From Paragordius varius (taxonomy: Eukaryota; Animalia; Nematomorpha), in the NCBI GenBank assembly GCA_964247055.1, contig OZ176053.1, forward strand, positions 13,764,001-13,828,000: a DNA stretch of 64,000 nt, given 5' to 3'. Below the pieces are notes generated by a model. The model was not told the origin of the DNA, did not search any database, and saw only the letters and a list, made by a program, of their open reading frames with translations. Of this stretch, positions 31,501-45,481 are shown in pieces. Made by a program: the position numbers and the translations under genes. Each line of letters begins with the position of its first letter. Position 1 is the first letter of the stretch.

Positions 31501-33250
31501 TTATTAAGACTACATAAAAATATAGAGATAGTTTGACAAACTCTTTAATATCTGATTTTTAGAGCGATACTTTAAAAATTAATGTATAATTTAGCATACG
31601 ACAATAAGCAAGTTAAACTTCCTTAAAAATCGGATATTAGTCGCCGGTAAAGAAAATAATTTTTTATACATTCTCTTAGTAGTACTACATCAAAATATAG
31701 AGATGTTTGACAAACTCTTTAATATCTGATTTTTAGAGCGATACTTTAAAAATTAATGTATAATTAGCATACGACAATAAGCAGGTTAAACTTTGTCCTT
31801 AAAAATCGAATATTGGTCTCCGGTGAACAAAATTATTTTTTATACATTCTCTTATTAAGACTACATCAAAATATAGAGATAGTTTGACAAACTCTTTCAT
31901 ATCCGATTTTTACAACGATACTTTAAAAATTAATGTATAAAACTAGTCGCATCAATACTCAAGTTAAACTTTGTCCTTAAAAATCGGATATTGGTCACCG
32001 GTGAACAAAATTATTTTTTATACATTCTCTTAGTAAGACTACATCAAAATATAGAGATAGTCTGATAAACTCTTTCATATCCGATTTTTACAACGATACT
32101 TTAAAAATTAATGCATAAAACTAGTCGTATCAATACTCAAGTTAAACTTTGTCCTTAAAAAACGGATATTGGGGATCGGTGAACAAAATTATTTTTTATA
32201 CATTCTCTTATTAAGACTACATCAAAATATAGAGATAGTTTGACAAACTCTATAATATCTGATTTTTAGAGCGATACTTTAAAAATTAATGTATAATTTA
32301 GCATACGACAATAAGCAAGTTAAACTTTGTCCTTAAAAATCGGATATTAGTCGCCGGTAAGAAAATAATTTTTTATACATTCTCTTAGTAGTACTACATC
32401 AAAAGAGATAGTTTGACAAACTCTTTAATATCTGATTTTTAGAGCGATACTTTAAAAATTAATGTATAATTTAGCATACGACAATAAGCAAGTTAAACTT
32501 TGTCCTTAAAAATCGGATATTGGTCTCCGGTGAACAAAATTATTTTTATACATTCTCTTATTAAGACTACATCAAAATATAGAGATAGTTTGACAAACTC
32601 TTTCATATCCGATTTTTACAACGATACTTTAAAAATTAATGTATAAAACTAGTCGCATCAATACTCAAGTTAAGTCCTTAAAAATCGGATATTGGTCACC
32701 GGTGAACAAAATTATTTTTTATACATTCTCTTAGTAAGACTACATGAAAATATAGAGATAGTTTGACAAACTCTTTCATATCCGATTTTTACAACGATAC
32801 TTTAAAAATTAATGTATAAAACTAGTCGCATCAATACTCAAGTTAAACTTTGTCAAAAATCGGATATTGGTCACCGGTGAACAAAACTATTTTTTATACA
32901 TTCTTTTAGTAAGACTACATCAAAATATAGAGATTGTTTGACAAACTCTTTAATATCTGATTTTTACGAGCGATACTTTAAAAATTAATATATAATTTAG
33001 CATACGACAATAAGCAAGTTAAACTTTGTCCTTAAAAATCGGATATTAGTCGCCGGTAAAGAAAATAATTTTTAATACATTCTCTTACTAGTACTACATC
33101 AAAATATACAGATAGTTTGACAAACTCTTTAATATCTGATTTTTAGAGCGATACTATAATTTAGCATACGACAATAAGCAAGTTAAACTTTGTCCTTAAA
33201 AATCGGATATTGTTCACCGGTGACCTAAATTATTTTTTATACATTCTCTT
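28500..33250 (+). repeat. About 2.8-kb (about 16-monomer) tandem duplication with a nested 696-bp 4-monomer duplication
   Basis: gatagtctg 29258/32062, taagtcctta 29871/32671 and agattgtttg 30134/32934 give 2800-2804 bp. An extra agattgtttg at 30830 is 696 bp from 30134. Confidence 0.82.
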
Positions 33251-36200
33251 AGTAAGACTACATGAAAATATAGAGATAGTTTGACAAACTCTTTCATATC
33301 CGATTTTTACAACGATACTTTAAAAATTAATGTATAATTTAGCATACGACAATAAGCAAGTTAAACTTTGTCCTTAAAAATTGGATTTTGGTCTCCGATA
33401 AACAAAATTATTTTTTATACATTCTCTTATTAAGACTACATCAAAATATAGAGATAGTTTGACAAACTCTTTCATATCCGATTTTTACAACGATACTTTA
33501 AAAATTAATGTATAAAACTAGTCGCATCAATACTCAAGTTAAACTTTGTCCTTAAAAATCGGATATTGGTCACCGGTGAACAAAACTATTTTTTATACAT
33601 TCTTTTAGTAAGACTACATGAAAATATAGAGATAGTTTGACAAACTCTTTAATATCTGATTTTTACAACGATACTTTAAAAATTAATGTATAATTTAGCA
33701 TACGATAATAAGCAAGTTAAACTTTGTCCTTAAAAATCGGATATTAGTCGCCGGTAAAGAAAATAATTTTTTATACATTCTCTTAGTAGGACTACATCAA
33801 AAAATAGAGATAGTTTGACAAACTCTTTCATATCCGATTTTTACAACGATACTTTTAAAATTAATGTATAAAACTAATCGCATGAATACTCAAGTTAAAC
33901 TTTGTCCTTAAAAATCGGATATTGGTCACCGGTAAAGAAAATAATTTTTTATACATTCTCTTAGTAGTACTACATCAAAATATAGAGATAGTTTGACAAA
34001 CTCTTTAATATCTGATTTTATAGCGATACTTTTAAAATTAATGTATAAAACTAGTCGCATCAATACTCAAGTTAAACTTTGTCCTTAAAAATCGGATATT
34101 GGTCACCGGTGAACAAAATTATTTTTTATACATTCTCTTAGTAAGACTACATGAAAATATAGAGATAGTTTGACAAACTCTTTCATATCCGATTTTTACA
34201 ACGATACTTTAAAAATTAATGTATAAAACTAGTCGCATCAATACTCAAGTTAAACTTTGTCAAAAATCGGATATTGGTCACCGGTGAACAAAACTATTTT
34301 TTATACATTCTTTTAGTAAGACTACATCAAAATATAGAGATAGTTTGACAAACTCGTTAGTATCTGATTTTTACGAGCGATACTTTAAAAATTAATGTAT
34401 AATTTAGCATACGACAGTAAGCAAGTTAAACTTTGTCCTTAAAAATCGGATATTAGTCGCCGGTAAAGAAAATAATTTTTTATACATTCTCTTACTAGTA
34501 CTACATCAAAATATAGAGATAGTTTGACAAACTCTTTAATATCTGATTTTTAGAGCGATACTATAATTTAGCATACGACAATAAGCAAGTTAAACTTTGT
34601 CCTTAAAAATCGGATATTAGTCGCCGGTAAAGAAAATAATTTTTTATACTTTCTCTTAGTAGGACTACATCATAAAATAGAGATAGTTTGACAAAGTCTT
34701 TCATATCCGATTTTTACAAAGATACTTTTAAAATTAATGTATAAAACTAATCGCATGAATACTCAAGTTAAACTTTGTCCTTAAAAATCGGATATTGGTC
34801 ACCGGTGACCTAAATTATTTTTTATACATTCTCTTAGTAAGACTACATGAAAATATAGAGATAGTTTGACAAACTCTTTCATATCCGATTTTTACAACGA
34901 TACTTTAAAAATTAATGTATAATTTAGCATACGACAATAAGCAAGTTAAACTTTGTCCTTAAAAATTGGATTTTGGTCTCCGATAAACAAAATTATTTTT
35001 TGTACATTCTCTTATTAAGACTACATCAAAATATAGAGATAGTTTGACAAACTCTTTCATATCCGATTTTTACAACGATACTTTTAAAATTAATGTATAA
35101 AACTAATCGCATGAATACTCAAGTTAAACTTTGTCCTTAAAAATCGGATATTGGTCACCGGTAAAGAAAATAATTTTTTATACATTCTCTTACTAGTACT
35201 ACATCAAAATATAGAGATAGTTTTACAAACTCTTTAATATCTGATTTTTAGAGCGATACTATAATTTAGCATACGACAATAAGCAAGTTAAACTTTGTCC
35301 TTAAAAATCGGATATTAGTCGCCGGTAAAGAAAATAATTTTTTATACTTTTTCTTAGTAGGACTACATCAAAAAATAGAGATAGTTTGACAAACTCTTTC
35401 ATATCCGATTTTTACAAAGATACTTTTAAAATTAATGTATAAAACTAGTCGCATCAATACTCAAGTTAAACTTTGTCCTTAAAAATCGGATATTGGTCAC
35501 CGGTGAACAAAACTATTTTTTATACATTCTTTTAGTAAGACTACATGAAAATATAGAGATAGTTTGACAAACTCTTTAATATCTGATTTTTACAACGATA
35601 CTTTAAAAATTAATGTATAATTTAGCATACGACAATAAGCAAGTTAAACTTTGTCCTTAAAAATCGGATATTAGTCGCCGGTAAAGAAAATAATTTTTTA
35701 TACATTCTCTTAGTAGGACTACATCAAAAAATAGAGATAGTTTGACAAACTCTTTCATATCCGATTTTTACAACGATACTTTTAAAATTAATGTATAAAA
35801 CTAATCGCATGAATACTCAAGTTAAACTTTGTCCTTAAAAATCGGATATTGGTCACCGGTAAAGAAAATAATTTTTTATACATTCTCTTAGTAGTACTAC
35901 ATCAAAATATAGAGATAGTTTGACAAACTCTTTAATATCTGATTATTATAACGATACTTTAAAAATTAATGTATAAAACTAGTCGCATCAACACTCAAGT
36001 TAAACTTTGTCCTTAAAAATCGGATATTGGTCACCGGTGAACAAAACTATTTTTTATACATTCTAGTAAGACTACATCAAAATATAGAGATAGTTTGACA
36101 AACTCTTTCATATACGATTTTTACAACGATGCTTTAAAAATTAATGTATAAAACTAGTCGCATCAATACTCAAGTTAAACTTTGTCCTTAAAAATCAGAT

Positions 36201-39200
36201 ATTGGTCACCGGTGAACAAAACTATTTTTAATATATTCTTTTAGTAAGACTACATCAAAATATAGAGATAGTTTGACAAACTCTTTAATATCTGATTTTT
36301 ACAACGATACTTTAAAAATTTATGTATAGTTTAGCATACGACAATAAGCAAGTTAATACTTTGTCCTTAAAAATCGGATATTAGTCACCGGTGAACAAAA
36401 CTATTTTTTATACATTCTTTTAGTAAGACTACATCAAAATATAGATATAGTTTGATAAACTCTTTCATATCCGATTTTTATAACGATACTTTAAAAATTA
36501 ATGTATAAAACTAGTCGCATCAATACTCAAGCTAAACTTTATCCTTAAAAATCGGATATTGGTCACCGGTGAACAAAACTATTTTTTATACATTCTAGTA
36601 AGACTACATCAAAATATAGAGATAGTTTGACAAACTCTTTCATATCCGATTTTTACAACGATACTTTAAAAATTAATGTATAAAACTAGTCGCATCAATA
36701 TTCAAGTTAAACTTTGTCCTTAAAAATCGGATATTAGTCGCCGGTAAAAAAAATCATTTTTTATACATTCTCTTAGTAGTACTACATCAAAATATAGAGA
36801 TAGTTTGACAAACTCTTTAATATCTGATTTTTAGAGCGATAATTTAAAAATTAATGTATATTTTAGCATACGACAATAAGCAAGTTAAACTTTGTCCTTA
36901 AAAATCGGATATTGGTCTCCGATGAACAAACCTATTTTTTATACATTCTCTTAGTAAGACTACATCAAAATATAGAGATAGTTTGACAAACTCTTTCATA
37001 TCCGATTTTTACAACGATACTTTTAAAATTAATGTATAAAACTAATCGCATCAATACTCAAGTTAAACTTTGTCCTTAAAAATCGGATATTGGACACCGG
37101 TGAACAAAATTATTTTTATACATTCTCTTAGTAAGACTACATGAAAATATAGAGATAGTTTGACAAACTCTTTCATATCCGATTTTTACAACGATACTTT
37201 AAAAATTAATGTATAAAACTAGTCGCATCAATATTCAAGTTAAACTTTGTCCTTAAAAATCGGATATTAGTCGCCGGTAAAGAAAATAATTTTTTATACA
37301 TTCTCTTAGTAAGACTACATCAAAATATAGAGATAGTTTGACAAACTCTTTATCTGATTTTTAGAGCGATACTTTAAAAATTAATGTATAATTTAGCATA
37401 CGACAATAAGCAAGTTAAACTTTTTCCTTAAAAATCGGATATTAGTCGCCAGTAAAGAAAATAATTTTTTATACATTTTCTTAGTAGGATTACATCAAAA
37501 AATAGAGATAGTTTGACAAACTCTTTCATATCCGATTTTTACAACGATACTTTTAAAATTATGTATAAAACTAATCGCATGAATACTCAAGTTAAACTTT
37601 GTCCTTAATAATCGGATATTGGTCACCGGTGACCAAAATTATTTTTTATACATTCTCTTAGTAAGACTACATGAAAGTATAGAGATAGTTTGACAAACTC
37701 TTTCATATCCGATTTTTACAACGATACTTTATAAATTAATGTATAAAACTAGTCGCATCAATACTCAAGTTAAACTTTGTCAAAAATCGGATATTGGTCA
37801 CCGGTGAACAAAACTATTTTTTATATATTCTTTTAGTAAGACTACATCAAAATATAGATATAGTTTCACAAACTCTTTAATATCTGATTTTCACAACGAT
37901 ACTTTAAAAATTAATGTATAATTTAGCATACGACAATATTCAAGTTAAACTTTGTCCTTAAAAATCGGATATTTGTCACCGGTGAACGAAACTATTTTCT
38001 ATACATTCTCTTAGAAGGACTACATCAAAATATAGAGATAGTTTGACAAACTCTTTCATATCCGATTTCTACAACGATACTTTAAAAATTAATGTATAAA
38101 ACTAGTCGCATCAATACTCAAGTTAACCTTTGTCCTTAAAAATCGGATATTGGTCACCGGTGAATAAAATTATTTTTTATACATTCTCTTAGTAAGACTG
38201 CATCAAAATATAGACATAGTTTGACAAACTCTTTCATATCCGATTTTTACAACGATACTTTAAAAATTAATGTATAAAACTAGTCGCATCAATATTCAAG
38301 TTAAACTTTGTCCTTAAAAATCGGATATTGGTCACCGGTGAACAAAATTATTTTTTATACTTCTTTTAGTAAGACTACATCAAAATATAGAGATAGTTTG
38401 ATAAACTCTTTCATATCCAATTTTTACAACGATACTTTAAAAATTAATGTAAAAAACTAGTCGGATCAATACTCAAGTTAACCTTTGTCCTTAAAAATCG
38501 GATATTGGTCACCGGTGAATAAAATTATTTTTTATACATTCTCTTAGTAAGACTACATCAAAATATAGAGATAGTTTGACAAACTCTTTCATATCCGATT
38601 TTTACAACGATACTTTTAAAATTAATGTATAAAACTAATCGCATCAATACTCAAGTTAAACTTTGTCCTTAAAAATCGGATATTGGTCACCGGTGAACAA
38701 AACTATTTTTTATGGACTCTCTTAGCAAGACTACATCAAAATATAGAGATAGTTTGACAAACTCTTTCATATCCGATTTTTACAACGATACTTTAAAAAT
38801 TAATGTATAAAACTAATCCGATCAATACTCAAGTTAAACTTTGTCCTTAAAAATCGGATATTGGTCACCGGTGAACAAAATTATTTTTTATATATTCTCT
38901 TAGTAAGACTACATCAAAATATAGAGATAGTTTGACAAACTCTTTCATATCCGATTTTTAGAGCGATACTTTAAAAATTAATGTATAATTTAGCATACGA
39001 CAATATGCAAGTTAAACTTTGTCCTTAAAAATCGGATATTGGTCGCCGGTAAAAAAAATAATTTTGAATACATTCTCTTAGTAGGACTACATCAAAAAGT
39101 AGAGATAGTTTGACAAATTTTTTCATATCCGATTTTTACAACGATACTTTAAAAATTAATGTATAAAACGAGTCGCATCAATACTCAAGTTAAACTTTGT

Positions 39201-42200
39201 ACTTAAAAATCGAATATTGGTCACCGGTGAACAAAATTATTTTTTATACATTCTCTTAGTAGGACTAATCAAAATATAGAGATAGTTTGACGAACTCTTT
39301 CATATCCGATTTTTACAACGATACTTTAAATATTAATGTATAAAACTAATCGCATCAATACTCAAGTTAAACTTTGTCCTTAAAAATCGGATTTTGGTCA
39401 CCGGTGAACAAAACTATTTTTTGTACATTCATTTAGTAAGACTACATCAAAATATAGAGATAGTTTGACAAACTCTTTCATATCCGATTTTTACAACGAT
39501 ACTTTTAAAATTAATGTATAAAACTAATCGCATCAATACTCAAGTTAAACTTTGTCCTTAAAAATCGGATATTGGACACCGGTGAACAAAATTATTTTTA
39601 TACATTCTCTTAGTAAGACTACATGAAAATATAGAGATAGTTTGACAAACTCTTTCATATCCGATTTTTACAACGATACTTTAAAAATTAATGTATAAAA
39701 CTAGTCGCATCAATATTCAAGTTAAACTTTGTCCTTAAAAATCGTATATTAGTCGCCGGTAAAGAAAATAATTTTGAATACATTCTCTTAGTAGGACTAC
39801 ATCAAAAAGTAGAGATAGTTTGACAAACTCTTTCATATCCGATTTTTACAACGATACTTTAAAAATTAATGTATAAAACTAATCGCATCAATACTCAAGT
39901 TAAACTTTGTCCTTAAAAATCGGATATTTGTCACCAGTGAACGAAACTATTTTCTATACATTCTCTTAGAAGGACTACATCAAAATATAGAGATAGTTTG
40001 ACAAACTCTTTCATATCCGATTTTTACAACGATACTTTTAAAATTAATGTATAAAAATCGCATGAATACTCAAGTTAAACTTTGTCCTTAAAAATCGGAT
40101 ATTGGTCACCGGTGACCAAAATTATTTTTTATACATTCTCTTAGTAAGACTACATGAAAATATAGAGATAGTTTGACAAACTCTTTCATATCCGATTTTT
40201 ACAACGATACTTTAAAAATTAATGTATAATTTAGCATACGACAATAAGCAAGTTATTAAAAATTGGATTTTGGTCTCCGGTAAACAAAATTATTTTTTAT
40301 ACATTCTCTTATTAAGACTACATCAAAATATAGAGATAGTTTGACAAACTCTTTCATATCCGATTTTTACAACGATACTTTAAAAATTAATGTATAAAAC
40401 TTGTCGCATCAATACTCAAGTTAAACTTTGTCCTTAAAAATCGGATATTGGTCACCAGTGAACAAAACTATTTTTTATGGATTCTCTTAGTAGGACTACA
40501 TCAAAATATAGACATAGTTTGACAAACTCTTTCATATCCGATTTTTACAACGATACTTTAAAAATTTATGTATAAAACTAGTCGCATCAACACTCAAGTT
40601 AAACTTTGTCCTTAAAAATCGGATATTGGTCATCGGTGACCAAAATTATTTTTTATACATTCTCTTAGTAAGACTACATGAAAATATAGAGATAGTTTGA
40701 CAAACTCTTTCATATCCGATTTTTACAACGATACTTTAAAAATTAAGGTATATTTTAGCATACGACAATAAGCAAGTTAAACTTTGTCCTTAAAAATTGG
40801 ATTTTGGTCTCCGGTAAACAAAATTATTTTTTATACATTCTCTTATTAAGACTACATCAAAATATAGAGATAGTTTGACAAACTCTTTCATATCCGATTT
40901 TTACAACGATACTTTTAAAATTAATGTATAAAACTAATCGCATCAATACTCAAGTTAAACTTTGTCCTTAAAAATCGGATATTGGTCACCGGTGAACAAA
41001 ACTATTTTTTATGGACTCTCTTAGTAAGACTACATCAAAATATAGAGATAGTTTGACAAACTCTTTCATATCCGATTTTTACAACGATACTTTAAAAATT
41101 AATGTATAAAACTAATCCCATCAATACTCAAGTAAAACTTTGTCCTTAAAAATCGGATATTGGTCACCGGTGAACAAAATTATTTTTTATATATTCTCTT
41201 AGTAAGACTACATCAAAATATAGAGATAGTTTGACAAACTCTTTCATATCCGATTTTTACAACGATACTTTTAAAAATGTATAAAACTAATCGCATCAAT
41301 ACTCAAGTTAAACTTTGTTTTTAAAAATCGGATATTAGTCGCCGGTAAAGAAAATAATTTTTTATACATTCTCTTAGTTAGACTACATCAAAATATGAGA
41401 TAGTTTGACAAACTCTTTAATATCTGATTTTTAGAGCGATACTTTAAAAATTAATGTATAATTTAGCATACGACAATATGCAAGTTAAACTCTGTCCTTA
41501 AAAATCGGATATTAGTCGCCGGTAAAGAAAATAATTTTGAATACATTCTCTTAGTAGGACTACATCAAAAAGTAGAGATAGTTTGACAAATTTTTTCATA
41601 TCCGATTTTTACAACGATACTTTAAAAATTAATGTATAAAACTAGTCGCATCAATACTCAAGTTAAACTTTGTACTTAAAAATCGAATATTGGTCACCGG
41701 TGAACAAAATTATTTTTTATATATTCTCTTAGTAGGACTAATCAAAATATAGAGATAGTTTGACAAACTCTTTCATATCCGATTTTTACAACGATACTTT
41801 AAAAATTAATGTATAAAACTAATTGCATCAATACTCAAGTTAAACTTTGTCCTTAAAAATCGGATTTTGGTCACCGGTGAACAAAACTATTTTTTGTACA
41901 TTCATTTAGTAAGACTACATCAAAATATAAAGATAGTTTAACAAACTCTTTCATATCCGATTTTTACAACGACACTTTTAAAAATGTATAAAACTAATCG
42001 CATCAATACTCAAGTTAAACTTTGTCCTTAAAAATCGGATATTAGTCGCCGGTAAAGAAAATAATTTTTTATACATTCATTAAGTAAGACTACATCAAAA
42101 TATAAAGATAGTTTGACAAACTCTTTCATATCCGATTTTTACAACGATACTTTTAAAATTAATGTATAAAAATCGCATGAATACTCAAGTTAAACTTTGT

Positions 42201-45200
42201 CCTTAAAAATCGGATATTAGTCACCGGTGACCAAAATTATTTTTTATACATTCTCTTAGTAAGACTACATGAAAATATAGAGATAGTTTGACAAACTCTT
42301 TCATATCCGATTTTTACAACGATACTTTAAAAATTAATGTATAATTTAGCATACGACAATATGCAAGTTAAACTTTGTCCTTAAAAATCGGATATTAGTC
42401 GCCGGTAAAGAAAATAATTTTGAATACATTCTCTTAGTAGGACTACATCAAAAAGTAGAGATAGTTTGACAAACTCTTTCATATCCGATTTTTACAACGA
42501 TACTTTAAAAATTAATGTATAAAACTAATCGCATCAATACTCAAGTTAAACTTTGTCCTTAAAAATCGGATTTTGGTCACCGGTGAACAAAACTATTTTT
42601 TGTACATTCATTTAGTAAGACTACATCAAAATATAAAGATAGTTTGACAAACTCTTTCATATCCGATTTTTATAACGACACTTTTAAAAATGTATAAAAC
42701 TAATCGCATCAATACTCAAGTTAAACTTTGTCCTTAAAAATCGGATATTTGTCACCAGTGAACGAAACTATTTTCTATACATTCTCTTAGAAGGACTACA
42801 TCAAAATATAGAGATAGTTTGACAAACTCTTTCATATCCGATTTTTACAACGATACTTTTAAAATTAATGTATAAAAATCGCATGAATACTCAAGTTAAA
42901 CTTTGTCCTTAAAAATCGGATATTAGTCACCGGTGACCAAAATTAATTTTTATACATTCTCTTAGTAAGACTACATGAAAATATAGAGATAGTTTGACAA
43001 ACTCTTTCATATCCGATTTTTACAACGATACTTTAAAAATTAGTGTATAATTTAGCATACGACAATAAGCAAGTTAAACTTTGTCCTTAAAAATTGGATT
43101 TTGGTCTCCGGTAAACAAAATTATTTTTTATACATTCTCTTATTAAGACTACATCAAAATATAGAGATAGTTTGACAAACTCTTTCATATCCGATTTTTA
43201 CAACGATACTTTAAAAATTAATGTATAAAACTAGTCGCATCAATACTCAAGTTAAACTTTGTCCTTAAAAATCGGATATTGGTCACCGGTGAACAAAACT
43301 ATTTTTTATGGATTCTCTTAGTAAGACTACATCAAAATATAGACATAGTTTGACAAACTCTTTCATATCCGATTTTTACAACGATACTTTTAAAATTAAT
43401 GTATAAAACTAATCGCATCAATACTCAAGTTAAACTTTGTCCTTAAAAATCGGATATTGGTCACCGGTGAACAAAATTATTTTTTATACATTCTCTTAGT
43501 AAGACTACATGAAAATATAGAGATAGTTTGACAAACTCTTTCATATCCGATTTTTACAACGATACTTTAAAAATTAATGTATAAAACTAGTCGTATAATA
43601 CTCAAGTTAAACTTTGTCGTTAAAAATCGGATATTGGTCACCGGTGAACAAAATTATTTTTTATACATTCTCTTATTAAGACTACATCAAAATATCGAGA
43701 TAGTTTGACAAACTCTTTAATATCTGATTTTTAGAGCGATACTTTAAAAATTAATGTATAATTTAGCATACGACAATAAGCAAGTTAAACTTCCTTAAAA
43801 ATCGGATATTAGTCGCCGGTAAAGAAAATAATTTTTTATACATTCTCTTAGTAGTACTACATCAAAATATAGAGATAGTTTGACAAACTCTTTAATATCT
43901 GATTTTTAGAGTGATACTACTTAAATTAATGTATAATTTAGCATACGACAATAAGCAAGTTAAACATTGTCCTTACAAATCGGATATTGGTCTCCGTGAA
44001 CAAAACTATTTTTTATACATTCTCTTAGTAAGACTACATCAAAATATAGAGATAGTTTGACAAACTCTTTCATATCCGATTTTTACAACGATACTTTTAA
44101 AATTAATGTATAAAACTAATCGCATCAATACTCAAGTTAAACTTTGTCCTTAAAAATCGGATATTGGTCACCGGTGAACAAAATTATTTTTTATACATTC
44201 TCTTAGTAGGACTATATGAAAATATAGAGATAGTTTGACAAACTCTTTCATATCCGATTTTTACAACGATACTTTAAAAATTAATGTATAAAACTAGTCG
44301 TATCAATACTCAAGTTAAACTTTGTCCTTAAAAATCGGATATTGGTAACCAGTGAACAAAATTATTTTTTATACATTCTCTTATTAAGACTACATCAAAA
44401 TATAGAGATAGTTTGACAAACTCTTTAATATCTGATTTTTAGAGCGATACTTTAAAAATTAATGTATAATTTAGCATACGACAATAAGCAAGTTAAACTT
44501 CCTTAAAAATCGGATATTAGTCGCCGGTAAAGAAAATAATTTTTTATACATTCTCTTAGTAGTACTACATCAAAATATAGAGATAGTTTGACAAACTCTT
44601 TAATATCTGATTTTTAGAGCGATACTTTAAAATTAATGTATAATTTAGCATACGACAATAAGCAAGTTAAACTTTGTCCTTAAAAATCGGATATTGGTCT
44701 CCGTGAACAAAACTATTTTTTATACATTCTCTTAGTAAGACTACATCAAAATATAGAGATAGTTTGACAAACTCTTTCATATCCGATTTTTACAACGATA
44801 CTTTTAAAATTAATGTATAAAACTAATCGCATCAATACTCAAGTTAAACTTTGTCCTTAAAAATCGGATATTGGTCACCGGTGAACAAAATTATTTTTTA
44901 TACATTCTCTTAGTAAGACTACATGAAAATATAGAGATAGTTTGACAAACTCTTTCATATCCGATTTTTACAACGATACTTTAAAAATTAATGTATAATA
45001 CTAGTCGTATCAATACTCAAGTTAAATTTTGTCCTTAAAAATCGGATATTGGTCACCGGTGAACAAAATTATTTTTTATACATTCTCTTATTAAGACTAC
45101 ATCAAAATATAGAGATAGTTGACAAACTCTTTAATATCTGATTTTTAGAGCGATACTTTAAAAATTAATGTATAATTTACCATACGACAATAGGCAAGTT

Positions 45201-45481
45201 AAACTTTGTCCTTAAAAATCGGATATTAGTCGCCGGTAAAGAAAATAATTTTTATACATTCTCTAAGTAGTACTACATCAAAATATAGAGATAGTTTGAC
45301 AAACTCTTTAATATCTGATTTTTAGAGCGATACTTTAAAAATTAATGTATAAGTAGCATACGACAATAAGCAGGTTAAACTTTGTCCTTAAAAATCGAAT
45401 ATTGGTCTCCGGTGAACAAAATTATTTTTTATACATTCTCTTATTAAGACTACATCAAAATATAGAGATAGTTTGACAAAC

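Larger units (their letters stand above)
1..45481 (+). repeat. Tandem satellite array, 178-bp monomer, roughly 255-260 copies, two interleaved monomer classes (domain A)
   Basis: Period read directly: (t/g)aaaattaat at 1, 179 and 357. The copy at 1-178 has 47/178 G+C. Class a carries tttcatatccgatttttacaacg and actagtcgcatcaatactcaag. Class b carries tttaatatctgatttttagagcg, tttagcatacgacaataagcaag and tagtcgccggtaaagaaaataa. The array is open at the left edge of the window. Confidence 0.98.

Noticed and set aside
1-45481. CRISPR array or other prokaryotic repeat system
   Set aside because: Repeats are contiguous 178-bp units with no unique spacers and no cas genes. The LTR element indicates a eukaryote.
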